Shown here: piece after piece, positions 49,642 through 59,759 of the stretch
Position numbering within the stretch: position 1 is the first letter of the stretch
Layout of the letters: each line of letters starts with the position of its first letter
DNA from: an uncultured Alphaproteobacteria bacterium
GTDB lineage: Bacteria > Pseudomonadota > Alphaproteobacteria > RF32 > CAG-239
DNA length: 64,000 bases
Reading direction: 5' to 3'
Assembly (NCBI GenBank): GCA_944392235.1
Contig: CALXVZ010000005.1
Location: forward strand, 3,903 to 67,902
The notes under the pieces: model-generated
The model's input: only the letters and a program-made list of their open reading frames with translations
What the model was told of the DNA's origin: nothing
Databases searched by the model: none
Program-made: the position numbers and the translations under genes

Positions 49642-50400
49642 ATGGCAAACTTAATCAATCAAAAGATTCTCCGTCTGACAAATAAAAATAAGGAAAAAGA
49701 GGCTCCTGCTTTTATTACAGAGGATGTTATTGAAGTTAAACGAGCAAAATTAATATACTATAGGTGGATAAGCCGCTTAATGGCATTTCTTGCGACAATT
49801 TCTCTTTTATATGGAATATGTGCAACACTATCAATACTAAAATTAGCACCATCAATAATAATAGATCCGCAAATCTTTGTATCTTTTTCTGATTCGGAAT
49901 CATATGTCAAACGCGAACGAATAGAATGGTGGATGGATTCACGAGAAAAAATGATGATAAATTTTATGAAACAATATGTAGAATATCGAAATACATACAT
50001 AAAAGATGCTCGAGAAATGGAAAACAGATGGTTATGGGGAGGTTTAGTATCATATTTATCAACCTATAATGTATATAAAAGCTTTGAAAAAGAGTTTCCT
50101 GCAGTAAAATCAGAACTAGATGAAAAAGGAGCAAGCCGATCAGTTGAAATCCTTTCTGTAGAAAGAACCGGTGGAGAAAATAGTAATACATGGAAAATAG
50201 AATTTAAGACATACGATTTTACATATCAAAAAGGTATTATAAATCGTAAAAAAGATACGTTCCCCATAATAAAGGAAAGATATTGGACCGCCAATGTTAG
50301 GGGATATGTTGATCCAAGAAGAATAACCTCATATCGAAGATTATTAAATCCATTAGGATTTGTCATATATAGCTATTATCAAAGTGAAATAAAAGTTTAA
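49642..50400 (+). CDS. virB8: VirB8-family protein, copy 1
   Basis: Bitopic TM, F..QYV..R..Y, R.VEILSV, C-terminal LLNPLGFVI..Y (NPxG motif). Confidence 0.82.
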   Translation: MANLINQKILRLTNKNKEKEAPAFITEDVIEVKRAKLIYYRWISRLMAFLATISLLYGICATLSILKLAPSIIIDPQIFVSFSDSESYVKRERIEWWMDSREKMMINFMKQYVEYRNTYIKDAREMENRWLWGGLVSYLSTYNVYKSFEKEFPAVKSELDEKGASRSVEILSVERTGGENSNTWKIEFKTYDFTYQKGIINRKKDTFPIIKERYWTANVRGYVDPRRITSYRRLLNPLGFVIYSYYQSEIKV

Positions 50401-50542
50401 AAAATTTTTAAGTATTAATACGATACATTAATATTATCCGATTTAACTTGTTGATAAGTTAGGGTAAATGATTTTCTCGTTAGACTTTTAAAAATAAAAG
50501 ATTTAATTATGAAAAGAGAGTTACTAAAAAGAGGGTGTAAAG

Positions 50543-50731
50543 ATGTATAAGATATTAGTAATTATGCTATCAATAGTCATTTTAGCCGCATGCAATTTTA
50601 TAGGAAGTTATTATGAGCCAGAACCTGTTGGAATTGGTAAAGATATTTATGAACTAAAATTATCTCCATGTGCATGTATAGAGGTAGAGTTACCAAAAAC
50701 ATTACCGGATTGGTTTAAAGCAATGAGCTAA
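50543..50731 (+). CDS. virB7: VirB7-like small lipoprotein
   Basis: 62 aa, lipobox ILAAC, LKLSPCAC motif; located between two virB8 genes. Confidence 0.7.
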   Translation: MYKILVIMLSIVILAACNFIGSYYEPEPVGIGKDIYELKLSPCACIEVELPKTLPDWFKAMS

Positions 50732-50740
50732 GGTAGAATA

Positions 50741-51499
50741 ATGGTGGAACAGATATCTTCTGAAAATACAAAAAAAATATTATTGGAAGGGCAAAAAGGA
50801 ACCTATCCTCATGCAAAAATGTCAAGAGCATATAAAAAAGGCTCTGCAGACGTTATTGTTGAGAATGCGACGGAGAAGAGGTATTTATGGACAGCAAGAG
50901 CTTTTGCAATTATTTTTGCAGTAAGCGTATGCTGTAATTTGATACTAACTTATGTCATCTTTGCAATTATGCCATTGTATCGCGTTGAGCCATATTTATT
51001 AAGTTTTACAGATAAAAAGGATCAAATATATAATGTTGAGCCTGTGAGGAATATATATGAATATAAATATTTAACGGAGATATTTATAAGAGAGTATGTA
51101 TTACTTAGAAATACTTTTGTAAATGATATTGAGGAAATGGAGCTTCGTTGGGGACCAGGAGGAACAATTCAAGAAATGTCATCAACAGGAGTATATGATA
51201 AGTTTAAAAAAGAGTTTGCTGATCCTGCTCTGGAAATAATTCGTCAACATAATATAACAAGAAACATAAAAATATCATCTGTTACCGAAGTTGGTGGAGC
51301 AAATGGGGAAAATTGGTGGCAAGTCGAATTTAGAGTGGAAGACATGATGCCAGAATATGAAACCCCAAGAGTAAGTGTTTGGGTTGCTTCAATAAAAATA
51401 AGGTATAGAGCAAAACGAGTGACATTTGGAGAGAGATTGAAAAATCCATTAGGATTTACAGTATTAGATTATAAACAAGTAGAGCGTAAAACAAATTAA
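50741..51499 (+). CDS. virB8: VirB8-family protein, copy 2
   Basis: TM then MPLYRVEPYLL, FIREYVLLR, W.VEF, LKNPLGFTVLDY. Confidence 0.85.
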   Translation: MVEQISSENTKKILLEGQKGTYPHAKMSRAYKKGSADVIVENATEKRYLWTARAFAIIFAVSVCCNLILTYVIFAIMPLYRVEPYLLSFTDKKDQIYNVEPVRNIYEYKYLTEIFIREYVLLRNTFVNDIEEMELRWGPGGTIQEMSSTGVYDKFKKEFADPALEIIRQHNITRNIKISSVTEVGGANGENWWQVEFRVEDMMPEYETPRVSVWVASIKIRYRAKRVTFGERLKNPLGFTVLDYKQVERKTN

Positions 51500-51518
51500 C
51501 TATATTAAGGTATTCGTT

Positions 51519-53486
51519 ATGAAGAGAACATTAAAAATATTATCAATAGCAATATTAGCACTTGGATTTTGTATAATAGAAGCAAGGGCTCAGGTAACGA
51601 AAAATAGTTTAGATCAAAATGCTGACCAAAGTCAGGGAAATTACGCTGCAACAAATTTAAATTATTTAGGGGGCGTTGGGTCTCTTGGAATGATGCAAAG
51701 TGCATGGAAAGATCCTTTGCAACATATGGGAGAAGGTCAAAGTCGACCAGGTTATACAAAATATTATTGGACACCGGAATTGGTATTGCCAGTACGTGTA
51801 AGAGAGGGAATGTATACATTGATAAATTTTCCAAATTGGGAAGTGATAGAGAATGTATATATTGGTGACGGTCAATCATTTAATGCAGAAATACAAGGTC
51901 CATCAAGTTTAATGGTGTATCCGGATTCATCACAATTTGTGGGAGTAGATACAAATATGATTGTATTTGGTCGTTCTGGCAATAAATATGTTTTCTATGT
52001 TCAAAGTGAAACAGTTAATACCGATAGAATAACAAATGCAATTATAGATATTGAAGTAGTAAAGAGAAAAGGTGGTATAAATGGCTCTGGTTCTATAGGA
52101 AATAGCGGAAATGGACATGTAAATGCAAGTACGTATGAAACAGGCGGAACAAGCGTGGATTCAACATTTACAAGGGATTTGCAAAGAGAGGATTGGATTG
52201 AAAAAATCCCCGTTGATCCAACTAAATTTAGGTTTGATATTGAAGTATATGTTCCAAATCCAGATGACATTGTAATAGCACCGGAGAGAGTATGGAGAGA
52301 TAATATATTTACTTATATAGACTTAGGAGATAAAGCCCTAACAGCAGTTCAAAGACCGATAGTAACTTTGATAGTAGAACGTTCAGAAACTCCTGTCGGT
52401 TTTAGAACAGCCGGCCCAAACAATAGATTGATTATTGTTGAGGGAATGGGAGACATGGTTTTGCGTAGCGGCAAAAGAATTGTATGTTTAAAATTAAGAA
52501 GAGCAGATTCGGATGGTCTTGAAAATGCAGTCTATGCAAAAACAAATGAATGGGATTTGCAGGCTCAAGATAGAAATCTTTCAAAAGAAAATTATGAAGA
52601 TGTATACAATGCTCCTAAAGACGATTCTGAAGGAACAGCAGAAAAAAAATCATTCTTTGAAAGCAATTCTTTCTTTAATTCGAAAGGAAGTGATAACTTC
52701 CAGCAAAGAGAACAGAACTCAGATATGAGTTATGAACAGATGATAAGTGATGGAAAGAATACTGCAACAGCTCCACAAACAGAAAAGTCACAGCAAATTG
52801 AAAATAAACAGCAAATTGAAGCAAAAAATAAGATAAAGGAGGCTAATGAAACTGCTTTAGAAATCTTAGAGAGTTTACCGAAGGCGAAGACTATTGTGGC
52901 ACCGGAAACACCTAAAATTCCTCAACAAGAAAAGCCACAAATCGAAGGACAAATTGATATAAAATCGGATAGAGCAGAATTGATTAGCCCTATATATAAT
53001 AATCAACAAGAAAAAATAAGTGTAAATAATCAACAAGAAAAAAGTTCACAAAATTCATCGTCTCCAAATATCACCACTAATACAATAGGAAATTCAAATA
53101 ATAATTCTAATCCTATATTAATTAGTCCAAAAGATGGAAATATAAATAGAAACAAAGCTATTTCATCAGAAACAGAAGCATTGCTACAAGAATTTAAGGA
53201 TGGTAGAGCTTTTTCCCAAACAAAAGGAGATAGTATATCAATAGAATTAGGAACAGATAAAGACATAAATAATCTTGAAAAATTATGGAATGGCATATCA
53301 AAAAATTATTCAGCAACACTAGGAAAATATCAGCCCTTTTATTCAGTAGATACACCTGCTGATGGTCAGGGAAAAGAAGTATTTCATCTTCGTGTTGGCC
53401 CTATACAATCATTAGAAGAAGGTGATAATATATGCAGTCAATTAGGTCGTAATGGTATATTTTGTAGTGTGGTTAGGATACAATGA
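51519..53486 (+). CDS. virB9: VirB9/TrbG-family protein with C-terminal SPOR domain
   Basis: Signal peptide; V.VREGMYTLI.F...E.I..V.IGD, DTNMIV, FDIE, VWRDNIFTYI; C-terminal IELG...LW......FHLRVGPI.S......C.QL...G..C.VV SPOR pattern. Confidence 0.8.
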   Translation: MKRTLKILSIAILALGFCIIEARAQVTKNSLDQNADQSQGNYAATNLNYLGGVGSLGMMQSAWKDPLQHMGEGQSRPGYTKYYWTPELVLPVRVREGMYTLINFPNWEVIENVYIGDGQSFNAEIQGPSSLMVYPDSSQFVGVDTNMIVFGRSGNKYVFYVQSETVNTDRITNAIIDIEVVKRKGGINGSGSIGNSGNGHVNASTYETGGTSVDSTFTRDLQREDWIEKIPVDPTKFRFDIEVYVPNPDDIVIAPERVWRDNIFTYIDLGDKALTAVQRPIVTLIVERSETPVGFRTAGPNNRLIIVEGMGDMVLRSGKRIVCLKLRRADSDGLENAVYAKTNEWDLQAQDRNLSKENYEDVYNAPKDDSEGTAEKKSFFESNSFFNSKGSDNFQQREQNSDMSYEQMISDGKNTATAPQTEKSQQIENKQQIEAKNKIKEANETALEILESLPKAKTIVAPETPKIPQQEKPQIEGQIDIKSDRAELISPIYNNQQEKISVNNQQEKSSQNSSSPNITTNTIGNSNNNSNPILISPKDGNINRNKAISSETEALLQEFKDGRAFSQTKGDSISIELGTDKDINNLEKLWNGISKNYSATLGKYQPFYSVDTPADGQGKEVFHLRVGPIQSLEEGDNICSQLGRNGIFCSVVRIQ

Positions 53487-56400
53487 ACGAAAATACGCGT
53501 TTTGAGGAATATGAAAAGAAAACAAGAAAAATAATTCTAATAATAGGAATTATTCTATTTTTCTTATTTTTGATTGGATTGCAATTAAATTCTTCAGACG
53601 GAGAAATATATAATCCAGAAGAAAATACACCAGATTTTGTAGAAAATCAAAATATACTACCAGAAATTAATTCAGAAACCCCCCCGTTATTTATAGATAC
53701 GGAAAATTCAGAAATTGGAAATAAAAATAAGCCGATAAAAATAACTCCATCTCAAATAAATATGAATAAATTTATATTAGGGGTAGATACGCAGAATCAA
53801 AGCATTTTGACAATAGGAACAGATGGAAGCGAGAGTATTCATATTGAAAGAGTAGAATTAGTTGAAGAAATGGAAGATGGATTTGAGCTTCGTGATAAAT
53901 GTAGAAACAGAGATTTACGCGGAGACGAGACTTGTAATATTTTAATAAATTGGAATCCTCATTTACCGGGAAATGTTCAAAACAACATTAAGATAACATG
54001 GTATGAAACAAGATTAGATAAATCGAGTGTAAAATCCGAAGAAATCAGTGTAAAAGGAAGTGCATTATATCCAGAAGCAAACTATCAAATATGTGAGGAT
54101 GGCACAAATTGCTCAGTTGGAACAATGAAAGAGAGTGCACATCGTCTAGCAATAGGTCCAAATGGAGAAATAATAGGTTATATAGATGAAGCTGGTAATG
54201 TGCACGATAAAGACGGAAAAATAATAGGACGTGTAAATGAAGATGGATTAATTGTAGATGCCAATGGTAATATCATTGGAGTAGCCCAAAATATGAAATT
54301 AGCCTATGATAAAGATGGTAATATAATGGGGTATGTAAAAACAGATGGATCCGTAGTAGATTTGCAAGGGGAGGTAATAGGCAGAGCCCTTGCTGATGGA
54401 ACAATTGTGAACAGTAAAGGAGAAATAATAGGAAAAGCCGTAGAAGCAGGATTTGTATATGATAAAAATGGAAAAATAATAGGAAGAGTATTACCTGATG
54501 GAACAGTCGTTGATATAAATGATTCGCAAAAAATCATAGGTCGCCTAAACGAAAATGGAGACGTTGTTGATGCAGAAGGTAATATAATTGGTAAGGTAAC
54601 ATCATCAGGAAACATTGTTGTAGATGAAAATGGCAATTTACTTGGAGTAGTAATGCCAGATAATAGTGTTGTAGATAAAGATGGCAATGTAATAGGATAT
54701 GTTGATGAAGAAGGAAATGTATATAAAGTTGCAAGTGAAAAAATCGGAAGTAATGGAGAAAGTAGAAAGATTGTATATGATAAAGAGGGGAAAGCAATAG
54801 GTTATATTGATGAGAATGGTAAGATAGTCAAATTTACAAAAGGAAAGAATGCCCCCCAAATAATAGGAAAGGTCGGAGCAAGCCACAGACTAGCTTTAGA
54901 TAAAGATGGCAATGTAATAGGATATATTGATAAAGATGGAACAGTAAAAGACTTTAATGGAAATATTATCGGAAAAGCAGATAAAGATGGAAACATCAGA
55001 GATAAAGATGGTAATATAATAGGAAAAGCCGGAGCGTATAGTAAATTAGCATTAGATAAAGATGGTAAAGTTATTGGTTATATCGATGAGCAAGGACGTG
55101 TCTTTGATCATAATGGTAAGCAAATAGGAACAGTTGATGAAAATGGAAATATAATAGCTCTAGATGATTCTGAAAATAGCGGGGATAAAAAAAGAGTAGC
55201 TATGGGTGTAGATGGTAAACCCATAGGATACATAGATGATGATGGCAATGTTATAGATTATGAAGGAAACATAATTGGAAAGCTAAACGAAAAAGGCGAA
55301 ATAATTGATCAGAATGGTAATGTTATCGGAAAAGCGGGGGCATACGAAACCGTAGCTTATGATAAAAATGGTAAAATCATTGGTTTTGTAGATGATAAAG
55401 GCGGAGTAATAGGAAAAGATGGTAAACTCATAGGTTACATTGATGATAAAGGTCAAATAATAGGACTAAGTGAAGATATATTAGGGCGAGCAGGAAGATT
55501 TGCAGAAATTGTCTATGATAAAAATAATAAATTTATTGGATACATAGAAAAAGACGGAACAGCAAAAGGCTGTGGTGGAATTATTATTGGTAAAAAAGAT
55601 AAAGAAGGAAATGTGAGAAATAATGAAGGGGAGATAATAGGCAAAGTTGGTGAGGTAAAAGAGCTGGCTTTTAACGAAAAAGGTTTATTGATAGGTTACG
55701 TTGATGAAAAGAAAAGAATAATTGATTGCAGTAACAAAATTGCAGGAATTGTAGATAATAAAGGTAATGTAATCGCAAGTAGCGGAGAAAAATTAGGAAC
55801 AGCAGGAAATTATAAAAGATTAGCCTATGATAAAGATGGAAAAGTCATAGGATACATAACTTCAGACGGAACCGTAAAAGATTTTAAAGGAAATTTAATC
55901 GGAAAGATGCTCGAAGATGGAACCGTTTTAGATAAGAATGGTAATATAATCGGACAAGCCGGTGAATATGAGCAAATGGCTGTAGATAAAGACGGTAATA
56001 TAATAGGATATGTTGACGAAGAAGGACGTGTCGTTGATGAAAATGGTAAGTTAATAGGTTTCATTGATGAAGATGGAAATGTCATAAAAGCTGGGGATAA
56101 AATAATAGGTAGAACATGTGCAGAAAGGAAAATTGTCGAGAATAAAAAAGGTGAAATTATTGGATATTTGGATAAAAACGACATCGTAAAAAATTTTAGC
56201 GATAGAATAATAGGACATAATAAAAAAGGCGATGTTTTAGATAATAAAGGACTACTAATAGGAAGTGTGAAAGAAAAGAAGAATATCGCACTACTAAAAA
56301 ATGGGAAAGTAATTGGATACATTGATGAAGAAAACAATGTTCGAGGAGATAATGCAGAAATAATAGGCATTATAAACGAAAAAGGAGAGGTTCTTTCTAT

Positions 56401-59400
56401 TAAAACAAATATAATAGGGAAATTATCTTCTGACAATATTACAGTATACGACTTAGGTGAAAATACTATAGGCACAATGAAAAATAATAGAATAGCCTAT
56501 AATAAAGAAGGAAAAATAATAGGATATATTAATAAAGAAGGTGCGCTATTAGCTTCAGGAGAGATAATATGCACAGCTTGTAAGACTGCATTAATTGGAT
56601 ATAATAAAAATAGTCAAGAGATTGGATATGTTGATGAAAATGGCAATATCTTAAATAGAAGTGAAATAAAAGGAAAAATAGATGAAAAAGGAAATATAAA
56701 AGATAAAGAAGATAAAATTTTAGGCAAGGCAGAAGAAAAGAAGAATTTAGGATATAGCCTTGAAGGGAACATAATTGGATATGTGTATAAAAATAATATA
56801 GTGAAAGATTTCGATGGAAAAATAATAGGTTATGTAGATGAATACGGTAACATATTGAATAATACGGAAGAACAAATAGGAAGTGTCGGTCAATATGGAA
56901 AGCTAGCTTTAGACAAGGATGGAAATGTTATCGGCTATGTCGATAAAGATGGGAATGTATATGATTTTAATGGAAAGTTAATAGGAAAGGCGACAGAAGA
57001 TGGTCGTATATTAGATGAATATGGTCGAGAAATTGGTGAAGTAGGAGATTCGAACGCTTTAGCAGTTAATAAAGACGGTAAGGTAATAGGATACATTGGT
57101 AAAGATGGTCGAATATACAAAGAAAATGGAGAGATTGCAGGCTTTTTAGACGATGAAGGTAATGTAATAGGTGTAACAGATGAAATTATAGGAAAAGTAG
57201 GTCAAGTAAAAAAATTAGCCCTAGATAAAGAAGGTAATATAATAGGTTATATAGATGAAGATGGAACAGTAAAAGATTTTGATGGCAATTTAATAGGCTA
57301 TTTAAATGAAGACGGCACCATAAATGATATAAATGGCAATATAATAGGGAAAGCAGGAGAACTGACAAAAGTTGTTGTCGATGAAAATGGTAATACTGTA
57401 GGCTATACTGACGAACAAGGGCGCGTTATTGGAAAAGATGGAGAAGTAATAGGCTTTGTCGGAGAGGATGGCATAGCATACAAGAGCACAGGTGAGGTGA
57501 TAGGTCGACTTGCAGAACAGGGAGATAGCACATTAAGTGTAGTAGGAAGACAAGGTATAATCGATGAAAATAATAATACAATTGGCTACGTTGATGAAAA
57601 TGGAATGGCTCGAGATTTGAATGGTAACATAATAGGAAGAGTGCAATCAGATGGTAGCGTTATAGATGAAACAGGAAAGATTATTGGAAAGGTTGGTGAA
57701 TTTGTTGACTTTACAATGGATGAAAATGGTAAAGTAGTAGGAAAAGTAGGAGATTACGCAAATCTTGCCGTAGATGAAATAGGCAACGTAATAGGTTATG
57801 TTGGAAAGGATGGAAAAGTATATAATGCAGAAGGGATAGTTATAGGCTACATTGATGAGAATGGTAATGTCATCAGCTCAAGAGGTATAAAAATAGGAGC
57901 TGTTATAAATAAAGATATGATAGCACTATCACCAAATGGTTATAGTCTTGGCACAATAAATAACAGAGGCGAAATAATCAATAATAAAGGTCAAGTAATA
58001 GGAAAGACCTTACCTAATAGTCTAATAAGATCAGTTGAGGGAAATAGAATAATAGGAAAGACGGTTATTGGAGGATTAGCAATAGGTTGGGGCTGTCAAC
58101 AATACGGATATATAGATAAAGATGGAAGAGTCAAAAAAGAAGGAAAAGATATTGGATATAGAATGCTTTTTGATGGCAGTATAGTTGATAAAGATGGAGA
58201 ATATAAAGGAGACGTTCTAAAGACGGGTATAGTTAGAGATAGTAAATGTAACATAATAGGAAGAGCTGGAAATGATGGATTTGTTCGAACAGATAATGGA
58301 CAATACATTGGATGTGTAAATCCAGATGGTGGAGTATTAGACCAAAATGGACAATTAATAGGTAAAGTCCATACACCAACGTATGCATTATATTATAATG
58401 GTGAGATGATGGGGAGTGTAAGCTCAAATGGTTTAATAAAATCAGGCCAAGAGACACTTGGGTGTGCAAATTTAGAAGGAGAAGTTCTTAACAAAGATGG
58501 CTTTATTATTGGCCACATAATGGATAAGAAACAAGCATTTGACACAGAGGGGAATTTTATTAATAAGCTATCAATAAACAATTACGATAACACAGAAGTA
58601 ATTCCAAATACAAAAATTTTATTTAATAAATTGCTGGTCAATTCAAAACAAGAAGTAAAAGGCATAATTTTACCGGAAAAAAATATCATAGTCGATTCTA
58701 ATGGAGAAGTTATAGGTCATCTATTTGCAGATGGATATGTGTATAATCAACAAGGTATAGCAGAAGATAAATTTATTTATGAGGGTAATTCATTTTATAA
58801 TAAAAAGGCCGGACGTATTTTGCCTAAAGGAAATGTTGTAGATTTCAATGGTAATTATTTGGGATTTGTAAGCGATAACGGTAAAGTCATTGATTATTTA
58901 GGCACAGAATACGGACATATAGATGTAAAAGGAAGAATGTTTGATTCTCAGGGAACATACAAGGGAGGCATTGTAAAAACAGGAGTTGGAATAGGATATG
59001 ATGGGTCATATCTTGGATATGTTAGCAAAAGTGGAAAGGTTATAGATGTAGATGGAAATACAAGTGGGGTAGTTAGTTCAGAAGGTCATATATTAGATAA
59101 AAACAAACAGATTATAGGTGAAGTAATTTCAGAGGATTTTGTCATTGATATACAAGGAAATATACAAGGATATGTGAATGCATTAGGCGATATAATAGAT
59201 AAAGAAAATAAGATAGTAACAACAGTATTACCAGGGGGAGCATCTAATAAAAATTATAGTCTAATAAAGAAAGGTATTATACTTAATTATTCAGGAAAAG
59301 TAATTGGTCAAGTTGTCTCGGATGGAAATGTCATATCAACAAATAATGAGAAAATAGGAAAGATATTAGTGACAGGACGAGCAGTTAACAATAAAGGAAT

Positions 59401-59758
59401 TTTATTAGGAGAAATAGTGGACAGCGATATAGTAATCAATGACGAAGATAAAGTTATAGGTATAATAAATGCAGAAGGAGAAGTAATAGACGCTGATAAA
59501 AAAATCATAGGAAAAATGATATCATCAAATTTAGTTGTAGATAACAATGGAAAAATAATGGGACATGGATATAAGATTGGTGCTAATATATTAGGGAATG
59601 ATGGTAAATTTTTAGGACGATTATCAGCAAATGGAAGCGTTTTAAATTTAACAAATGGACGAATAGGATATCTAAAGAGTAATGGCTCTTTTGTAAATAT
59701 TCAAAATAAGGTAGCAGGGTATGTGCTTGAAGAAGCAGCACAAAATCGGAGGAATTAA
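53483..59758 (+). CDS. 2091-aa membrane-anchored protein: N-terminal TM, Ig-like domain, about 100 17-aa beta-hairpin-type repeats
   Basis: ORF track; TM at about aa 16-35; C..L.G..TCNI.I.W.P..PG Ig-like pattern; repeat xVxDxxGxIIGxVxxDG. Confidence 0.85.
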   Translation: MNENTRFEEYEKKTRKIILIIGIILFFLFLIGLQLNSSDGEIYNPEENTPDFVENQNILPEINSETPPLFIDTENSEIGNKNKPIKITPSQINMNKFILGVDTQNQSILTIGTDGSESIHIERVELVEEMEDGFELRDKCRNRDLRGDETCNILINWNPHLPGNVQNNIKITWYETRLDKSSVKSEEISVKGSALYPEANYQICEDGTNCSVGTMKESAHRLAIGPNGEIIGYIDEAGNVHDKDGKIIGRVNEDGLIVDANGNIIGVAQNMKLAYDKDGNIMGYVKTDGSVVDLQGEVIGRALADGTIVNSKGEIIGKAVEAGFVYDKNGKIIGRVLPDGTVVDINDSQKIIGRLNENGDVVDAEGNIIGKVTSSGNIVVDENGNLLGVVMPDNSVVDKDGNVIGYVDEEGNVYKVASEKIGSNGESRKIVYDKEGKAIGYIDENGKIVKFTKGKNAPQIIGKVGASHRLALDKDGNVIGYIDKDGTVKDFNGNIIGKADKDGNIRDKDGNIIGKAGAYSKLALDKDGKVIGYIDEQGRVFDHNGKQIGTVDENGNIIALDDSENSGDKKRVAMGVDGKPIGYIDDDGNVIDYEGNIIGKLNEKGEIIDQNGNVIGKAGAYETVAYDKNGKIIGFVDDKGGVIGKDGKLIGYIDDKGQIIGLSEDILGRAGRFAEIVYDKNNKFIGYIEKDGTAKGCGGIIIGKKDKEGNVRNNEGEIIGKVGEVKELAFNEKGLLIGYVDEKKRIIDCSNKIAGIVDNKGNVIASSGEKLGTAGNYKRLAYDKDGKVIGYITSDGTVKDFKGNLIGKMLEDGTVLDKNGNIIGQAGEYEQMAVDKDGNIIGYVDEEGRVVDENGKLIGFIDEDGNVIKAGDKIIGRTCAERKIVENKKGEIIGYLDKNDIVKNFSDRIIGHNKKGDVLDNKGLLIGSVKEKKNIALLKNGKVIGYIDEENNVRGDNAEIIGIINEKGEVLSIKTNIIGKLSSDNITVYDLGENTIGTMKNNRIAYNKEGKIIGYINKEGALLASGEIICTACKTALIGYNKNSQEIGYVDENGNILNRSEIKGKIDEKGNIKDKEDKILGKAEEKKNLGYSLEGNIIGYVYKNNIVKDFDGKIIGYVDEYGNILNNTEEQIGSVGQYGKLALDKDGNVIGYVDKDGNVYDFNGKLIGKATEDGRILDEYGREIGEVGDSNALAVNKDGKVIGYIGKDGRIYKENGEIAGFLDDEGNVIGVTDEIIGKVGQVKKLALDKEGNIIGYIDEDGTVKDFDGNLIGYLNEDGTINDINGNIIGKAGELTKVVVDENGNTVGYTDEQGRVIGKDGEVIGFVGEDGIAYKSTGEVIGRLAEQGDSTLSVVGRQGIIDENNNTIGYVDENGMARDLNGNIIGRVQSDGSVIDETGKIIGKVGEFVDFTMDENGKVVGKVGDYANLAVDEIGNVIGYVGKDGKVYNAEGIVIGYIDENGNVISSRGIKIGAVINKDMIALSPNGYSLGTINNRGEIINNKGQVIGKTLPNSLIRSVEGNRIIGKTVIGGLAIGWGCQQYGYIDKDGRVKKEGKDIGYRMLFDGSIVDKDGEYKGDVLKTGIVRDSKCNIIGRAGNDGFVRTDNGQYIGCVNPDGGVLDQNGQLIGKVHTPTYALYYNGEMMGSVSSNGLIKSGQETLGCANLEGEVLNKDGFIIGHIMDKKQAFDTEGNFINKLSINNYDNTEVIPNTKILFNKLLVNSKQEVKGIILPEKNIIVDSNGEVIGHLFADGYVYNQQGIAEDKFIYEGNSFYNKKAGRILPKGNVVDFNGNYLGFVSDNGKVIDYLGTEYGHIDVKGRMFDSQGTYKGGIVKTGVGIGYDGSYLGYVSKSGKVIDVDGNTSGVVSSEGHILDKNKQIIGEVISEDFVIDIQGNIQGYVNALGDIIDKENKIVTTVLPGGASNKNYSLIKKGIILNYSGKVIGQVVSDGNVISTNNEKIGKILVTGRAVNNKGILLGEIVDSDIVINDEDKVIGIINAEGEVIDADKKIIGKMISSNLVVDNNGKIMGHGYKIGANILGNDGKFLGRLSANGSVLNLTNGRIGYLKSNGSFVNIQNKVAGYVLEEAAQNRRN
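54140..59740 (+). repeat. Coding tandem repeat, about 51 nt / 17 aa period (xVxDxxGxIIGxVxxDG; DUF3659-like by recollection)
   Basis: e.g. LAIGPNGEIIGYIDEAG NVHDKDGKIIGRVNEDG LIVDANGNIIGVAQNMK LAYDKDGNIMGYVKTDG; degenerate at the DNA level. Confidence 0.85.
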
Positions 59759-59759
59759 T

